DNA of 64,000 bases from Alphaproteobacteria bacterium (GTDB lineage: Bacteria; Pseudomonadota; Alphaproteobacteria; Bin95): contig OZ219786.1 of NCBI GenBank assembly GCA_964291285.2, positions 736,001-800,000 on the forward strand, given 5' to 3'. Shown here piece by piece: positions 63,492 to 64,000 of the stretch (position 1 is its first letter; every line of letters starts with the position of its first letter). The notes under the pieces are model-generated. The model was not told where the DNA came from, ran no database searches, and was given only the letters and a program-made list of their open reading frames with translations. Made by a program: the position numbers and the translations under genes.

Positions 63492-64000
63492 TCAGCGCCC
63501 CAGATAGACTTCGATCACCGACTCGTTGGCCGAGACCGCGTCGAGTGTGCCTTCGGCCAGCATCGCGCCCTCGTGCAGCGCCGTTACCCGGCAGTCGAGC
63601 GCGCGCACGAACTCCATGTCGTGCTCGACCACGATGACGGAGCGCTCGCCCCCTGCGATCCGTTTCAGCAGCCGCGCGGTCCGCATGGTTTCCGCATCGG
63701 TCATGCCGGCGGCAGGTTCGTCGATCAGCAGGATGCTCGGGTCCTGAACCAGCAGCATCCCGATCTCGAGCCATTGCTTCTGGCCGTGGCTCAGGAGGCC
63801 GGCACGGTCGCCCGCCCGCTCGCGGAGCGCGATGAGGTCCAGCACCTCTTCGATGCGCTCGCGCTGCTCGCCGGACAGGCGCGCAAACAGCGTTCGCCGG
63901 GCGCGGCGGTCGGCGCGGCAGGCGAGCTCGAGGTTCTCAAACACGCTATGCGCCTCGAACACGGTCGGGCGCTGGAATTTGCGTCCAACGCCGAGCCCGG
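63492..64000 (-). CDS. urtD: Urea ABC transporter ATP-binding protein UrtD (5' end outside window)
   Basis: GVGRKFQRPTVFE, LSHGQKQWLEIG, VVEHDM, EVYLGR. Confidence 0.92.
   Translation of the reverse strand, partial: GLGVGRKFQRPTVFEAHSVFENLELACRADRRARRTLFARLSGEQRERIEEVLDLIALRERAGDRAGLLSHGQKQWLEIGMLLVQDPSILLIDEPAAGMTDAETMRTARLLKRIAGGERSVIVVEHDMEFVRALDCRVTALHEGAMLAEGTLDAVSANESVIEVYLGR

Noticed and set aside
57805-64000. urt-ure cluster as a novel system
   Set aside because: Canonical urtDE-ureDABCEFG content and order.

Overview
High-GC (roughly 70% by eye) chromosomal segment, inferred to be alphaproteobacterial from a GTTC-N7-GTTC SOS box, a Porin_4-type porin, a TRAP transporter and urt-ure genes. 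The backbone carries oxidoreductases, a LexA-controlled imuA-imuB-dnaE2 cassette, a split metH, a sulfur-oxidation module (flavocytochrome c and a sulfite-oxidase-family enzyme with cytochromes), a CoA-transferase/CitE pair, ChrA, TRAP, a fused ABC transporter and urtDE-ureDABCEFG. Main result: three genes that the ORF track breaks in two each contain one in-frame TGA at a Cys-equivalent position, followed by a SECIS-like hairpin, so they are candidate selenoproteins. They are an ArsN1-like GNAT acetyltransferase (10045-10575), an adjacent UxxC peroxiredoxin-like protein (10644-11126) and a UxxC glutaredoxin-DinB fusion (46607-45855). The stop codon of the last overlaps a probable CTG start of chrA. 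A 16.5-kb island bounded by IS1380-family copies (21934-38397, TTTAC duplication) splits an MFS gene. It carries a porin, a TbpB-like lipoprotein, a Slam gene interrupted by an IS66-type element with a DUF4338-like passenger, two decayed integrases and a protein with ten CxxC motifs. All family assignments come from motif recognition by eye; no searches or folding programs were run.
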